NCBI GenBank assembly: GCA_016745075.1
Contig: JADGDD010000005.1
Location: 165,551-229,550 of the forward strand
Reading direction: 5' to 3'
Length of the DNA: 64,000 nucleotides
From: Planctomycetota bacterium
GTDB taxonomy: Bacteria > Planctomycetota > UBA11346
This document shows, in pieces, positions 46,188-55,246 of this stretch. Position numbers and translations under genes: made by a program. Each line of letters begins with the position of its first letter. Positions within the stretch are counted from its first letter, which is position 1. The notes under the pieces are model-generated. The model had not been told where the DNA came from and made no database searches. It was given only the letters and a program-made list of their open reading frames with translations.

Positions 46188-46226
46188 AAGACCCTTGGGA
46201 ACAATTCCCCAAGGGTCTTCTTGTTT
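46188..46226 (+). terminator. Intrinsic terminator after trxB
   Basis: AAGACCCTTGGG-AACAATTC-CCCAAGGGTCTT followed by CTTGTTTG. Confidence 0.7.
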
Positions 46227-46465
46227 GAGAAAAAGATGATTGAATCGACTCTATTCTACCGAAAGAATTCATTAAACACATACACAGCTATCTTTATTTT
46301 GACAGCTGTGTTCTATTAACTAGAGTCGTCGATTGTATGAATAGGCTTGTCGCGTCTTGAACCGCTTGCATCTGAACGAGAGCTGGCGTTGAGGAGTGCA
46401 CGATAAGTGTAAATGGGTGGCATGGATTGGCTATGTCACCGTTATGGGTTTATAAAGGAGAGATT

Positions 46466-49400
46466 ATGCCATTAACGTTTTTCAACCGTGTTGCACTTGC
46501 CATGACCGCGTGTTCATGGCTTGCAGCGGCCGATTACCAGACTGTTCCTTACAGTCTTGCAAATGAGCTTGAGAGTAGTCTGGGAAACTCACTACGAACT
46601 GCGCTCAGCACGACGACTGCAACGAAGGATATGCACGGCAGCTCGAATGGTTTTGGGTATTGGATTCATGATCCAATTATGGCTTCTGATGGTTGGATTG
46701 CTGTGGGTTTGAGCAACGATAATAACTGGAAGGGTATCGATCAATTTGCGTTGCGTAACCCAAGTGATGGTACATGGTCAACAATAGGCGTACCGACAGT
46801 AACCGGTGATTATGCGATTGATGGTATTATGATTGCTGATGGTGGCTATATGTATGCTGAGGCCTATAGCGATACGGTAACGTATCCTCTGACCTACCGT
46901 TATTCTAGTGGATCGTGGTCTTTATTGACTGTTGGTGGAAAAAATACGGTTGTGTTTGGTATCGAATGGGGTGGTACAGATCGCCTAGCGGCAACCATTT
47001 TTGATAGCAATAGTGATATGACTGTTGGCAGTAGCTTTGGAACGTTGCTGGCCTCTTCTGCCGGTTCGTTTACAGATTTCACGAGCAAAATCCCTTCTGC
47101 GACTGGATCAGTTCGCGCCATTGATTTTGTGAGTGGTAGTTATGGGCTTGGCTTGCGTTTTAATCCAACAACGGAAACCTCTGAATTTTTCATGGGTACG
47201 AGTAGTGCTACTACATGGACTCAAATTTCTACACCAACAAAACCAACTGGCTATTCGTCTGATGCTGAATTTGAGTCAGGTGGTGTTTGGGATGGTGGTG
47301 CCATTGTGGAGTGGGAGGATGAAAACAACACGACAGAGTACAAAACGCCTTACCGCATCTCTTCAGGGGGTACAGCGACGGCCATGTCGTTGAGTAGCCC
47401 AAAGAACAGTAGTGGAGCTTTTACAGGCAACGCCACCATGGTTGAAGCGGTTGTTAGTGATGGCACAGCTATTGGTACGGTGAGCAATGGTGACCGTGGC
47501 GGTTCTAGCTACCAATCGACAGCTGTCATTTTCTCTGGTACTGCTACCAGTGGTACTCCGATTGTTTGGGAGAGTACGACATATGCAGGCACTATTTACA
47601 CCTCTTGGGGCTGGGGTATAGACAGCACAGGTGTACTTGGAATTAACAACTACATGTATCAAGATGGTGGTGGTAAAGGGCCACGCGGTTTTGAATTGGG
47701 GGTGCCAGTTTCTTCTGTTGGTTCAGTAAGCTTGTCAGCTAACGCTTCGACAGTGACAGAAGGCGGGTCGTCTGCAACTCTGACTGTGAGCCGTACAGGA
47801 TCCACCTTATTTCCACTGACTGTTAACATAACGGTTCCAGCCGGTGATCTGACCGTGAACGGTTCAGATGGAACTGTTGTTGTGACCATTCCAACTGGGC
47901 AAAGCTCTGTTACGGCAACTCTTGCTGCTGTTGATGATGCCTTAATTGAATCTGATGAATCGGTTACTGTTGCAGTAGCAGCAGCTACCGGTGGATCGGC
48001 AGACCAATCCTACTCAAGCTCAAGTTCAGTAAACATGACGGTGAGTAGCGATGATGTTGGTATTTTGCCTACGATAACAGGTAGTACGACGACGAATAGT
48101 TCTACCAATACGGTGACGATTACTTTCTCTGAGTCGGTTACAGGTTTTGATGCGAGTGATCTGAATATTGGCAACGGTACCGCAGGTACGGTTGGCGGTA
48201 GTGGTACAACGTACACAAGTGTTATTACTGCTAGCGCTGAAGGAACGGTTACGGTTGATATTGCTGCTGATGCGGCAACTGGTGGTAGTGGCAATAGCCT
48301 TGCGGCAACACAATTTAGTTTTGTATATGATGCCACTGCGCCAGCAGCACCAACTGTAGATTTAGCAACAGCGAGTGATAGCGGCAGTAGCACTAGCGAT
48401 GATATTACCAACGACAACACACCAACCATAGAAGGTACTGCCGAAGCAAATGCTACGGTAAACGTGTTAGTAGACAGCAGCTCTGTTGGCAGTACTACCG
48501 CAGATGGTAGCGGAAACTGGTCGTTAACGCCAAGCAATGCTATTAGTGACAGCACCATTTCTGTTACTGCAACAGCTACCGATGCAGCAGGCAATACGGG
48601 CCCTGCTTCTTCCGCTTTGCCTGTGCACATTGATACAACGGCACCAGCAGCTCCAAGTCTAGACTTAGCGACTGCCAGTGATAGTGGTGTGAGCACCAGT
48701 GACAATATCACCAGTGATAATACTCCTGATATTGTTGTGACAATTGGAAGTGAAGCTGGGCTTACCGTAAGCATGAGTGATGATGCCAGTGGTTCCTATT
48801 CTAGCCCAACCGATAACACTGATGGCACATACACTTTTGCACTTTCTTCAGCTTTGTCAGATGCCACTCGTGCCTTTAGTGCAAGCGCAATGGATACCGC
48901 TGGTAATAGTTCGAGCAGCAGCAGTAGCCTCTCCGTGACGGTTGATACAACAGCGCCAACGGCTACTCTGTCTGGTAATGGATCTACTCAATCCGCTAGT
49001 CCGTTTGATCTTACCGCAACCTTCTCTGAGGCGGTTAGCAATGTTGATGATACGGACTTCACACCATCTGGCGGTACGCTTTCAGGAACAGCTACTAGCA
49101 GCACGGTTTACACTGTTTCGGTAACACCAACGGCTCAATCATTGAGCGTGACTTTAGCGACCAGCGACATCACAGATACGGCTGGTAATGCTTTAGCCGC
49201 AGGAGCAACATCTAATATCACGTATAATGTTGGTTTGAGTATTTCTCCAGATGGAACCACTACTGCAAGTTCACCAATTACCTTTACCTTCACATTTAGT
49301 GGAAACGTTGGGAGCAGTTTCGTGGTTGGTGATATTAGTGCCACAAACGGCAGCTTGGCTAACTTTGCCGAAGTGACAACCGGTACTGTTTATACAGTAG

Positions 49401-49774
49401 AATTAACTCCGGCAGCTGATGGTAGTGCAGGTGTGAGTGTTGCCAGTGGTGCGGCTACTTCTGGTGGTATTGACGTGGCAGCGGCTTCAGCCAGCGTTAC
49501 CTACGATACAACAAAACCGACTTACTCTGGCTTACAGGTGACGATTAACGGCACGGTGGCCAATGCTACATCGGTTAGTATTTTGGATTCTAGTTCTGCA
49601 ACTTTAGGAACTGGAAGTACTGACAGTAGCGGCAATTTCTCTATTCAAGTGACCATGCCAACTGCAACAGAAACGGTTACCATTCAAGCAACGGATGGCA
49701 CGAACACCAGTTCTCGACAAGTGCAGGTTACCCCAAATCTCAGCGTTACCAGTATGCCGGATTCAAACGGTTAA
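46466..49774 (+). CDS. Large exported adhesin-like protein: N-terminal propeller-like region, Calx-beta-like module, and an array of bacterial Ig-like domains
   Basis: Start MPLTFFNRVALAMTACSWLAAA, preceded by AAGGAGAG. There is a Calx-beta-like stretch (VSLSANASTVTEGGSSATLTVSRTG...IESDESVTVAV). The motifs D(A/T)TAPAAP(T/S).DLATASDSG.STSD.IT.DNTP repeat at nt 48332..48425 and 48634..48730. The protein is rich in S/T/G/A. Confidence 0.75.
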   Translation: MPLTFFNRVALAMTACSWLAAADYQTVPYSLANELESSLGNSLRTALSTTTATKDMHGSSNGFGYWIHDPIMASDGWIAVGLSNDNNWKGIDQFALRNPSDGTWSTIGVPTVTGDYAIDGIMIADGGYMYAEAYSDTVTYPLTYRYSSGSWSLLTVGGKNTVVFGIEWGGTDRLAATIFDSNSDMTVGSSFGTLLASSAGSFTDFTSKIPSATGSVRAIDFVSGSYGLGLRFNPTTETSEFFMGTSSATTWTQISTPTKPTGYSSDAEFESGGVWDGGAIVEWEDENNTTEYKTPYRISSGGTATAMSLSSPKNSSGAFTGNATMVEAVVSDGTAIGTVSNGDRGGSSYQSTAVIFSGTATSGTPIVWESTTYAGTIYTSWGWGIDSTGVLGINNYMYQDGGGKGPRGFELGVPVSSVGSVSLSANASTVTEGGSSATLTVSRTGSTLFPLTVNITVPAGDLTVNGSDGTVVVTIPTGQSSVTATLAAVDDALIESDESVTVAVAAATGGSADQSYSSSSSVNMTVSSDDVGILPTITGSTTTNSSTNTVTITFSESVTGFDASDLNIGNGTAGTVGGSGTTYTSVITASAEGTVTVDIAADAATGGSGNSLAATQFSFVYDATAPAAPTVDLATASDSGSSTSDDITNDNTPTIEGTAEANATVNVLVDSSSVGSTTADGSGNWSLTPSNAISDSTISVTATATDAAGNTGPASSALPVHIDTTAPAAPSLDLATASDSGVSTSDNITSDNTPDIVVTIGSEAGLTVSMSDDASGSYSSPTDNTDGTYTFALSSALSDATRAFSASAMDTAGNSSSSSSSLSVTVDTTAPTATLSGNGSTQSASPFDLTATFSEAVSNVDDTDFTPSGGTLSGTATSSTVYTVSVTPTAQSLSVTLATSDITDTAGNALAAGATSNITYNVGLSISPDGTTTASSPITFTFTFSGNVGSSFVVGDISATNGSLANFAEVTTGTVYTVELTPAADGSAGVSVASGAATSGGIDVAAASASVTYDTTKPTYSGLQVTINGTVANATSVSILDSSSATLGTGSTDSSGNFSIQVTMPTATETVTIQATDGTNTSSRQVQVTPNLSVTSMPDSNG

Positions 49775-49795
49775 TTGATACGGAAGGAAATTATT

Positions 49796-50161
49796 ATGAA
49801 AATATCACTCATCATTTCTTCATTCGCTATGTGTGCTCTCGTCGGTTGTGGCGGTGGCGGCGGCAGCGGCAACAACGACGATAGTGGAAGCACTCCAACC
49901 GTTGGGGCTATTACCTTGAGTTCTGTTCAAGTTGATGGTTCACTGAATGAATCGGCAACTGTTACCTGGACGACAGATAACGGAACAACAACAAATGCAG
50001 ATAACGACAGTACTGTTGATAACAGTTTTAGCACTGGTGCTATGACATTTACCGATCCAGGTTCTGCTGGTGGTAGTCAGACCGTTGCTTTGGAATTAAC
50101 AGCTACCGACGGTGTAGGAAATGCGCAAAAAGCTTCGGTAGATATTGTTATCAATCCTTGA
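49796..50161 (+). CDS. Small lipoprotein with an Ig-like/beta-sandwich-looking body
   Basis: MKISLIISSFAMCALVGCGGGGGSG.. (lipobox LVGC). It lies 22 nt after the adhesin stop, with an upstream GGAAGGA. Confidence 0.65.
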   Translation: MKISLIISSFAMCALVGCGGGGGSGNNDDSGSTPTVGAITLSSVQVDGSLNESATVTWTTDNGTTTNADNDSTVDNSFSTGAMTFTDPGSAGGSQTVALELTATDGVGNAQKASVDIVINP

Positions 50162-50188
50162 TAGACAATATGAAGGCTCGTATTTTTT

Positions 50189-50225
50189 CAGGCGGACACG
50201 ATTGTGTCCGCCTGATTTTTTTTGG
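50189..50225 (+). terminator. Intrinsic terminator after the adhesin-lipoprotein pair
   Basis: CAGGCGGACAC-GATT-GTGTCCGCCTG followed by ATTTTTTTTGG. Confidence 0.85.
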
Positions 50226-50264
50226 TTTTATTGAATCTATATTGTGCAAGTGTTCATCGTCAGA

Positions 50265-51518
50265 TTACCGAGCGCTTGCAATGGCTTGCTGAATATGGAG
50301 TGCTGTTACTGATTGCGGATATTTGGCAATATAGTTTTTTATTTCTTTGTCTGCATCTGTGTACCGTTTGTTGATAAACAATAAGCGTGCAAGGTAGAGT
50401 TGGGCATTGTCTGCGTTGGGGCCACCATTCTGAATACATTGGCGATAAAAGGATTCAGCTTTGTGTGGCTCTTGTTTTTCTTCAAAGAGTAAGGCTGCTT
50501 GAATAAAAAGTGCGTCGTCATGATGACCAGCTTCAAGAATGTGAGCTATGGTGGTGAGGGCGCTGTCATGGTCTTTTTCTGCAAGTGCTAATTGTACTGC
50601 CATTTGTTGGATGGTTGGGGTGCGCTCTTCTTCTGGAATAGTGTCTAAGTAGTGATGTGCTTCTTGATAAGCATGGTGATTCATCGCACAGTGGAGAGCA
50701 AAGACCGTGTAGTCCGTAGGTTTATCCGTAACAAGTATTCGAGCGTGGGATAAAGCGGCGGCTGTTTGCCCAGCATCAAGCTGAAGACGTGCGAGTGATT
50801 CCCGTAGACTAAGATTACTTGGTTGTTTGAGGAGGGCAGCTTCATAATAGACGCGTTGTTCACTGCGTGATATATTTCGTTCAGATTGGATGGCAGCAAG
50901 GTCTTGCCATTTTTGCGCATCCTCTGGGTTCTGCATTAAGTCCGATTGTAGATGGATGAAAGCGCGGTCATAATTTTTCATCTGTATCAGTACCGACAAT
51001 AGAATGTCTCGTATGGTTGTGTTTGTGGGAAAACGGAGCATACCCACCCGTGAAATTTCTTCGGCAAGAATAAGGTTCTGGCAGCGGATAGCGACTTGTG
51101 CATATAAGATAAGTTCATTCACAAGAGAAGTGTGTGGTTGTATCCATTGCCCACAGTTTTCTATTGCCGCAGTCCATTGTTCTTCATGTATATGTAGATT
51201 GAGGAGGGCGAGTCCTGCTTCTCGTTGTTTCGGATTGAGTTGAAGACTTTTTTCAAATGCTTGTCGTGCTTCGGGCAGTTTATTCTGTTCGTTATAGGCA
51301 AGACCTTTGTAGAGTTCTATTAAAGCATGTGGTTTTTTATTATGGGTATATAAAATATTGAGAGCTTTGTCGTAGTCGCCATTTTCATGAGCAGTGCGTG
51401 CTTCATTCAGCATCTGAACGAAGGCATCTGAAAGCGGTGTTTGTTTCTGGTGTTCTGAGCAATTGATGGTGTGCGAGTAACAACAGAGAAGAAACACATA
51501 GGTTGCAATACGAATCAT
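50265..51518 (-). CDS. TPR-repeat protein, last gene of the TonB2-type cluster (TtpD-like position)
   Basis: 417 aa with a signal-like N-terminus and multiple TPR-like A..Y...G/A helices. Its start overlaps the tonB stop (ATGA). Confidence 0.65.
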   Translation of the reverse strand: MIRIATYVFLLCCYSHTINCSEHQKQTPLSDAFVQMLNEARTAHENGDYDKALNILYTHNKKPHALIELYKGLAYNEQNKLPEARQAFEKSLQLNPKQREAGLALLNLHIHEEQWTAAIENCGQWIQPHTSLVNELILYAQVAIRCQNLILAEEISRVGMLRFPTNTTIRDILLSVLIQMKNYDRAFIHLQSDLMQNPEDAQKWQDLAAIQSERNISRSEQRVYYEAALLKQPSNLSLRESLARLQLDAGQTAAALSHARILVTDKPTDYTVFALHCAMNHHAYQEAHHYLDTIPEEERTPTIQQMAVQLALAEKDHDSALTTIAHILEAGHHDDALFIQAALLFEEKQEPHKAESFYRQCIQNGGPNADNAQLYLARLLFINKRYTDADKEIKNYIAKYPQSVTALHIQQAIASAR

Positions 51519-52207
51519 TCAACTCTCCAGAGAAGGGTAACGGTCATGGTGCTGGCAATGGCTTGTCCAGTGTCGTCAGTGGCAGGTTTGTAATGAATAC
51601 TGCGCATTGCTTTTTCGGCAGCGGCATCAAAGCGGCCAGCAGGTGTGCTGGAGAGAATAGTCACAGCATTAACTCGCCCCTGTGCATTAATTTCTATGTG
51701 CGCGCGGGTGTCGCCAGTAATGCCTAAGCGGCGCAAACGTCTGGGATAAAACCGTTGAAGATTGATGGCGGTGAGTGCTTGTGCTGGAGTACCTAGGGCG
51801 ACTGTATGTGTTTGTGCCGTAGTCAATGGAGCTGTTGGCATAGGTGCAACAAGCGTAATATCGAGCGGTGAAATATCTGCATCAAACTGTGGAAGGGTGA
51901 GCGCGTTGGCCTGAACAGGTGCCACAGAAACGCTTATGGGTGGCATCAGTGGAAGAGGTATTTTCTGTGCTCTTTTTTCTGGCGGTGGTGGTTGTTCTTT
52001 TTTCGGCGGAATAATATTTTTTTGCTGTGGTTGATAACGTAAATGATGTTCCGGCAGAATGTCATGACCAGTTTGTGTATCTGCGTAAAGTTTACCTAAA
52101 GCAGAGAGCATCAAGGCAACCGTACTTATGCCAAGAATAAGAGCAATAATCAGGCGCAGATTGCGATGTTTGCGTTGACTTATACGAGATTGGGCGCGGC
52201 CGATCAT
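51515..52207 (-). CDS. tonB: Energy transducer TonB
   Basis: 230 aa with an N-terminal TM anchor, a Pro-rich spacer (PPKKEQPPPPEKRAQKIPLPLMPP) and a C-terminal TonB_C-like domain (..YPRRLRRLGITGDTRAHIEINAQGRV..). Confidence 0.85.
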   Translation of the reverse strand: MIGRAQSRISQRKHRNLRLIIALILGISTVALMLSALGKLYADTQTGHDILPEHHLRYQPQQKNIIPPKKEQPPPPEKRAQKIPLPLMPPISVSVAPVQANALTLPQFDADISPLDITLVAPMPTAPLTTAQTHTVALGTPAQALTAINLQRFYPRRLRRLGITGDTRAHIEINAQGRVNAVTILSSTPAGRFDAAAEKAMRSIHYKPATDDTGQAIASTMTVTLLWRVE

Positions 52208-52602
52208 GGCAATAAGGCCCCTATGGTAACGCTTTCTGCGCCAGCAAGTAGGCAGGTGTCTTGAACCTGTAAAACAATGCCAAGCGGTGCGTTTTTATCT
52301 GCTTGAATAACCACTCTGCTGACACCGCCTTGGTCCATGCTTTGCTGAATACTACTGGTATCATCAGCACTTATGCGTCTGCCATTATTATGAATGGTTC
52401 CAGAACGAGTAATAGCAATGGCGATAAAACCTTGTTGCAAAGATTGACTGTGACTACTTTGTGGTTTCTCAACGGTTACACCAGCTTCTTTAATAAAGCT
52501 AGTGGTCACAATAAAGAAAATTAATAAAATAAAAACCATATCAATAAGTGGAGTCATTTCGAGAACGGTATCATTGCGTTTTTTACGTAGGCGCCTCTTC
52601 AT
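52204..52602 (-). CDS. exbD: Biopolymer transport protein ExbD/TolR
   Basis: 132 aa. ..EMTPLIDMVFILLIFFIVT.. is the canonical ExbD N-terminus. Confidence 0.9.
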   Translation of the reverse strand: MKRRLRKKRNDTVLEMTPLIDMVFILLIFFIVTTSFIKEAGVTVEKPQSSHSQSLQQGFIAIAITRSGTIHNNGRRISADDTSSIQQSMDQGGVSRVVIQADKNAPLGIVLQVQDTCLLAGAESVTIGALLP

Positions 52603-53099
52603 GCGGACATTCCTAGCGCACGGTGTGGGCTTTCTGATAAGATGGTGCTACGACGTAAACAAATTTGTTCGATGAGTAATGCCGGTGCTGCAATAAGTAA
52701 TCCACATTGAGTGGTGAGTAGCGCTTCTGCAATTCCATGGCTGGCTGCTTGAATGCGGTTGCCGAGCATAATTCCTTCAAAAGTGCCAATCATGCCGCCA
52801 ACGGTTCCAAGTAACCCGAGTAATGGTGCAATGGTGATTAGGGCGCGAATGAGTGAGAAAAAACGGGTTAATTCAGGGTGCTCAGCTAAAGCAAGGTGGG
52901 CGGCTTCTTCTTGTGCTTGTTGTAAACGATGGCGACCAAGAAGTGTGTGCATTTCTTGGTGTCGCTGTGTTTTCCAAGTATTGGGTGCAAAAAGGGTCAG
53001 CAGGCGTTCAGCTAAGAGGACATAAAGCAGCACTGCATCGGCAATTAAAACCCACATGAGGATGCCACCAGCATCAATGAAACTGATAATGCTGTTCAT
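52599..53099 (-). CDS. exbB: MotA/TolQ/ExbB proton channel protein (short form)
   Basis: 166 aa. ..APLLGLLGTVGGMIGTF.. and ..GIAEALLTTQCGLLIAAPAL.. are family hallmarks. Confidence 0.88.
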   Translation of the reverse strand: MNSIISFIDAGGILMWVLIADAVLLYVLLAERLLTLFAPNTWKTQRHQEMHTLLGRHRLQQAQEEAAHLALAEHPELTRFFSLIRALITIAPLLGLLGTVGGMIGTFEGIMLGNRIQAASHGIAEALLTTQCGLLIAAPALLIEQICLRRSTILSESPHRALGMSA

Positions 53100-54412
53100 G
53101 CGATTTCTTCTGGACCTGTTTCACCGAGTAGGGCGGTAGCAGCTTGTTCAAGTACGACCTGACGGCGATCAACAATACGGCTGATCCATGCGTGTGCTAA
53201 TAAGATGGGAACGGCAACAATAAGTCCCATTTGGGTGGTGACGAGCGCTTCAGAAATACCGCCAGAGAGTAGACGAGGGTTTCCCGTTCCATTAACAGCG
53301 ATAACTTCAAAGGTGCCAATCATGCCGGTAACGGTGCCAAGCAAACCTAGTAAAGGGGCAACGGCAGCAAGCACGGCAAGCAATGATAAATTGCGCTCAA
53401 ATAAAGGTTCTTCTTTGAGTAAAGCTGCTTCTAATTGTGCCTCTCGTGTTTCTCTGGTGAGGGATATATTTTGCAGCCCTATTGCTAAAATGCGTTCCAT
53501 CGGCGTTTTTTGCTGTTTGACTCTATTGTGTGCTTCTGTGTATTTTTCTGCATGAAGAAGAGTTAATACGTTGTGGGCTATTTTTGGTGGGGCGCGTAAT
53601 GAGGAGAGAGAAATGATGCGCTCAAGTACAAGGACAAGCGCGATAATCATGACTGCAATAATTGGCCAGAGAAAAAGACCACCTGTATCAAAAAAATGCT
53701 TGAGAGACCACGCAGCTGCACGTTCACGCGTGCTCAGTGTGCCTGAAACATCACAAGGTACAGATCGGCCTGTACCGGCCTCTAATTCTTGGAGCTGTTG
53801 GTGTTGAGCAGCAGTAAATGGTTCTCCCGCAATCAGTAAGCTACCACCTTCTGTTTTGTGAATATAACCGCTGGTACTGTCGTCTGTTCCAGCGGCTAAC
53901 AAGTAGACAGCTCCCATCTGTAAAACAGTGGTGGTGATTGGTGCTCCATTGCGATCACGTATTTCTTTCTGCGTGAAATGTATGCGATTATTCTCAGAAA
54001 GAGTTTGTAGGTGTGCAGTAATAGTAGTAGCACATTTTTCAGCAAGCTCATGTGGACTGGTTTGTGGACTGAGTTCATTGCTTTGACAGAGGTGGGCAAC
54101 TTGTTCAATCAGGGCATGGATATTTTTTTGGTCGGTATTCGCTTGGTCTTTTAAGCTGTGGATATGATCGGTTAGAGCGAGACACTGTTTTTCCAATTCT
54201 TGTTCAGCGTGTGATGATTCTTCAAGCTCTTCCTGAAGTGTATGAATAGTATCATAATAATGCTGTCTGCGCGTGAGAATCTCAGCTCGTGTGTGTGCGA
54301 GTCGGGCACGAGCCGCATCACGAACCGATTCAGCATTTTGTGTTTCTACTGCTTGTACAGAAAAGAGTCCTGTGCAGGAGCAGCATAAAAATACGAAGAA
54401 GAAGCGAATCAT
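53096..54412 (-). CDS. ttpC: Long MotA/TolQ/ExbB-family protein with a coiled-coil periplasmic N-domain (TtpC-like)
   Basis: 438 aa with a signal peptide and a roughly 230-aa coiled-coil region, then ..APLLGLLGTVTGMIGTF.. and ..GISEALVTTQMGLIVAVPIL.. The architecture and position match TtpC of Vibrio TonB2 systems, from memory. Confidence 0.7.
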   Translation of the reverse strand: MIRFFFVFLCCSCTGLFSVQAVETQNAESVRDAARARLAHTRAEILTRRQHYYDTIHTLQEELEESSHAEQELEKQCLALTDHIHSLKDQANTDQKNIHALIEQVAHLCQSNELSPQTSPHELAEKCATTITAHLQTLSENNRIHFTQKEIRDRNGAPITTTVLQMGAVYLLAAGTDDSTSGYIHKTEGGSLLIAGEPFTAAQHQQLQELEAGTGRSVPCDVSGTLSTRERAAAWSLKHFFDTGGLFLWPIIAVMIIALVLVLERIISLSSLRAPPKIAHNVLTLLHAEKYTEAHNRVKQQKTPMERILAIGLQNISLTRETREAQLEAALLKEEPLFERNLSLLAVLAAVAPLLGLLGTVTGMIGTFEVIAVNGTGNPRLLSGGISEALVTTQMGLIVAVPILLAHAWISRIVDRRQVVLEQAATALLGETGPEEIA

Positions 54413-55161
54413 TTGTTGCTCGCTTGTTGTTGTGATGACACCGTGTGCAGTGGCAATGACAGTACGGTTGGATTTCGTTTACCCGCCGCAATTGCAAAGG
54501 CATGCTGTATCGCTTGAGCACTCTCGTCGTTTGGGCTTTTTTCACAATGGTATTGTGTTCCATCCCAACGGGCAATGCCTGTTTCTTGACCATCAAGGCT
54601 ACGCCACCAAGCAGCTACGCTGCCGCAGCGTAAAATGGAAACAGCCTGAACCGTGCCCTGTTTTTGGGCATCAGCCAAACTGACATCAAACACCTTCTGA
54701 TTGTTTGCGCTTTCTTGTAGGCGTTCAAAGAGATCGTGTAATTGGGTGCTCCCTGAATCTGTGATGGTGGAGCGTCTATCTGGAACAATCCCGGGTAATA
54801 GTGTGAGTTGTTCTAGTTGTTGGTGTGTTCCAGCGCAAACTGCTGCAAGTGCATCGTGATATGCGTTTATGGTATGTGGAAGTTCTTCAGTAGTGGCCTG
54901 TTCAGCAAGGAGTGCTGTCTGTTGTTGCAGGAGTGCTGTTTTATGTTTGTGTGATCGGTCTCGTGCGGCCTCTAAGCTGAGGATTAAGGCTTCAAGTCGC
55001 ATTTGTTCATCGGCCCATTCTTGTTGAACCTGTGTTTCTGTGGTGCGTATGTGGTCAGCGGCGCGTAAAGCGTCGAGCATCTCGTTATGTTCGTTGCTTG
55101 CAGCCTGTGCAGAGGGATGTGCCGCAAATAACAGAACAGCGATAAGGAGAAATTGCTTCAT
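54409..55161 (-). CDS. Exported coiled-coil protein, DUF3450-like (TtpB position)
   Basis: 250 aa with the signal peptide MKQFLLIAVLLFAAHPSAQA and a heptad-rich N-half. It is the first gene of the six-gene string, and its stop overlaps the next gene's start. Confidence 0.55.
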   Translation of the reverse strand: MKQFLLIAVLLFAAHPSAQAASNEHNEMLDALRAADHIRTTETQVQQEWADEQMRLEALILSLEAARDRSHKHKTALLQQQTALLAEQATTEELPHTINAYHDALAAVCAGTHQQLEQLTLLPGIVPDRRSTITDSGSTQLHDLFERLQESANNQKVFDVSLADAQKQGTVQAVSILRCGSVAAWWRSLDGQETGIARWDGTQYHCEKSPNDESAQAIQHAFAIAAGKRNPTVLSLPLHTVSSQQQASNK

Positions 55162-55246
55162 AGAATAATTGAACGGCTTCTTAAGATAATGTCAATTGAA
55201 GAGGGCAGCATTTTTGCTGATCTTGGTTTAACGGTTTCTGTGTAGT

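Noticed and set aside
48010-48774. 254-aa antisense ORF (and other ORFs such as 47659..47889 and 48026..48313) inside the adhesin gene.
   Set aside because: The open antisense frames are explained by the biased S/T/G/A codon composition of the repeat-rich adhesin. The sense frame has clear domain motifs.
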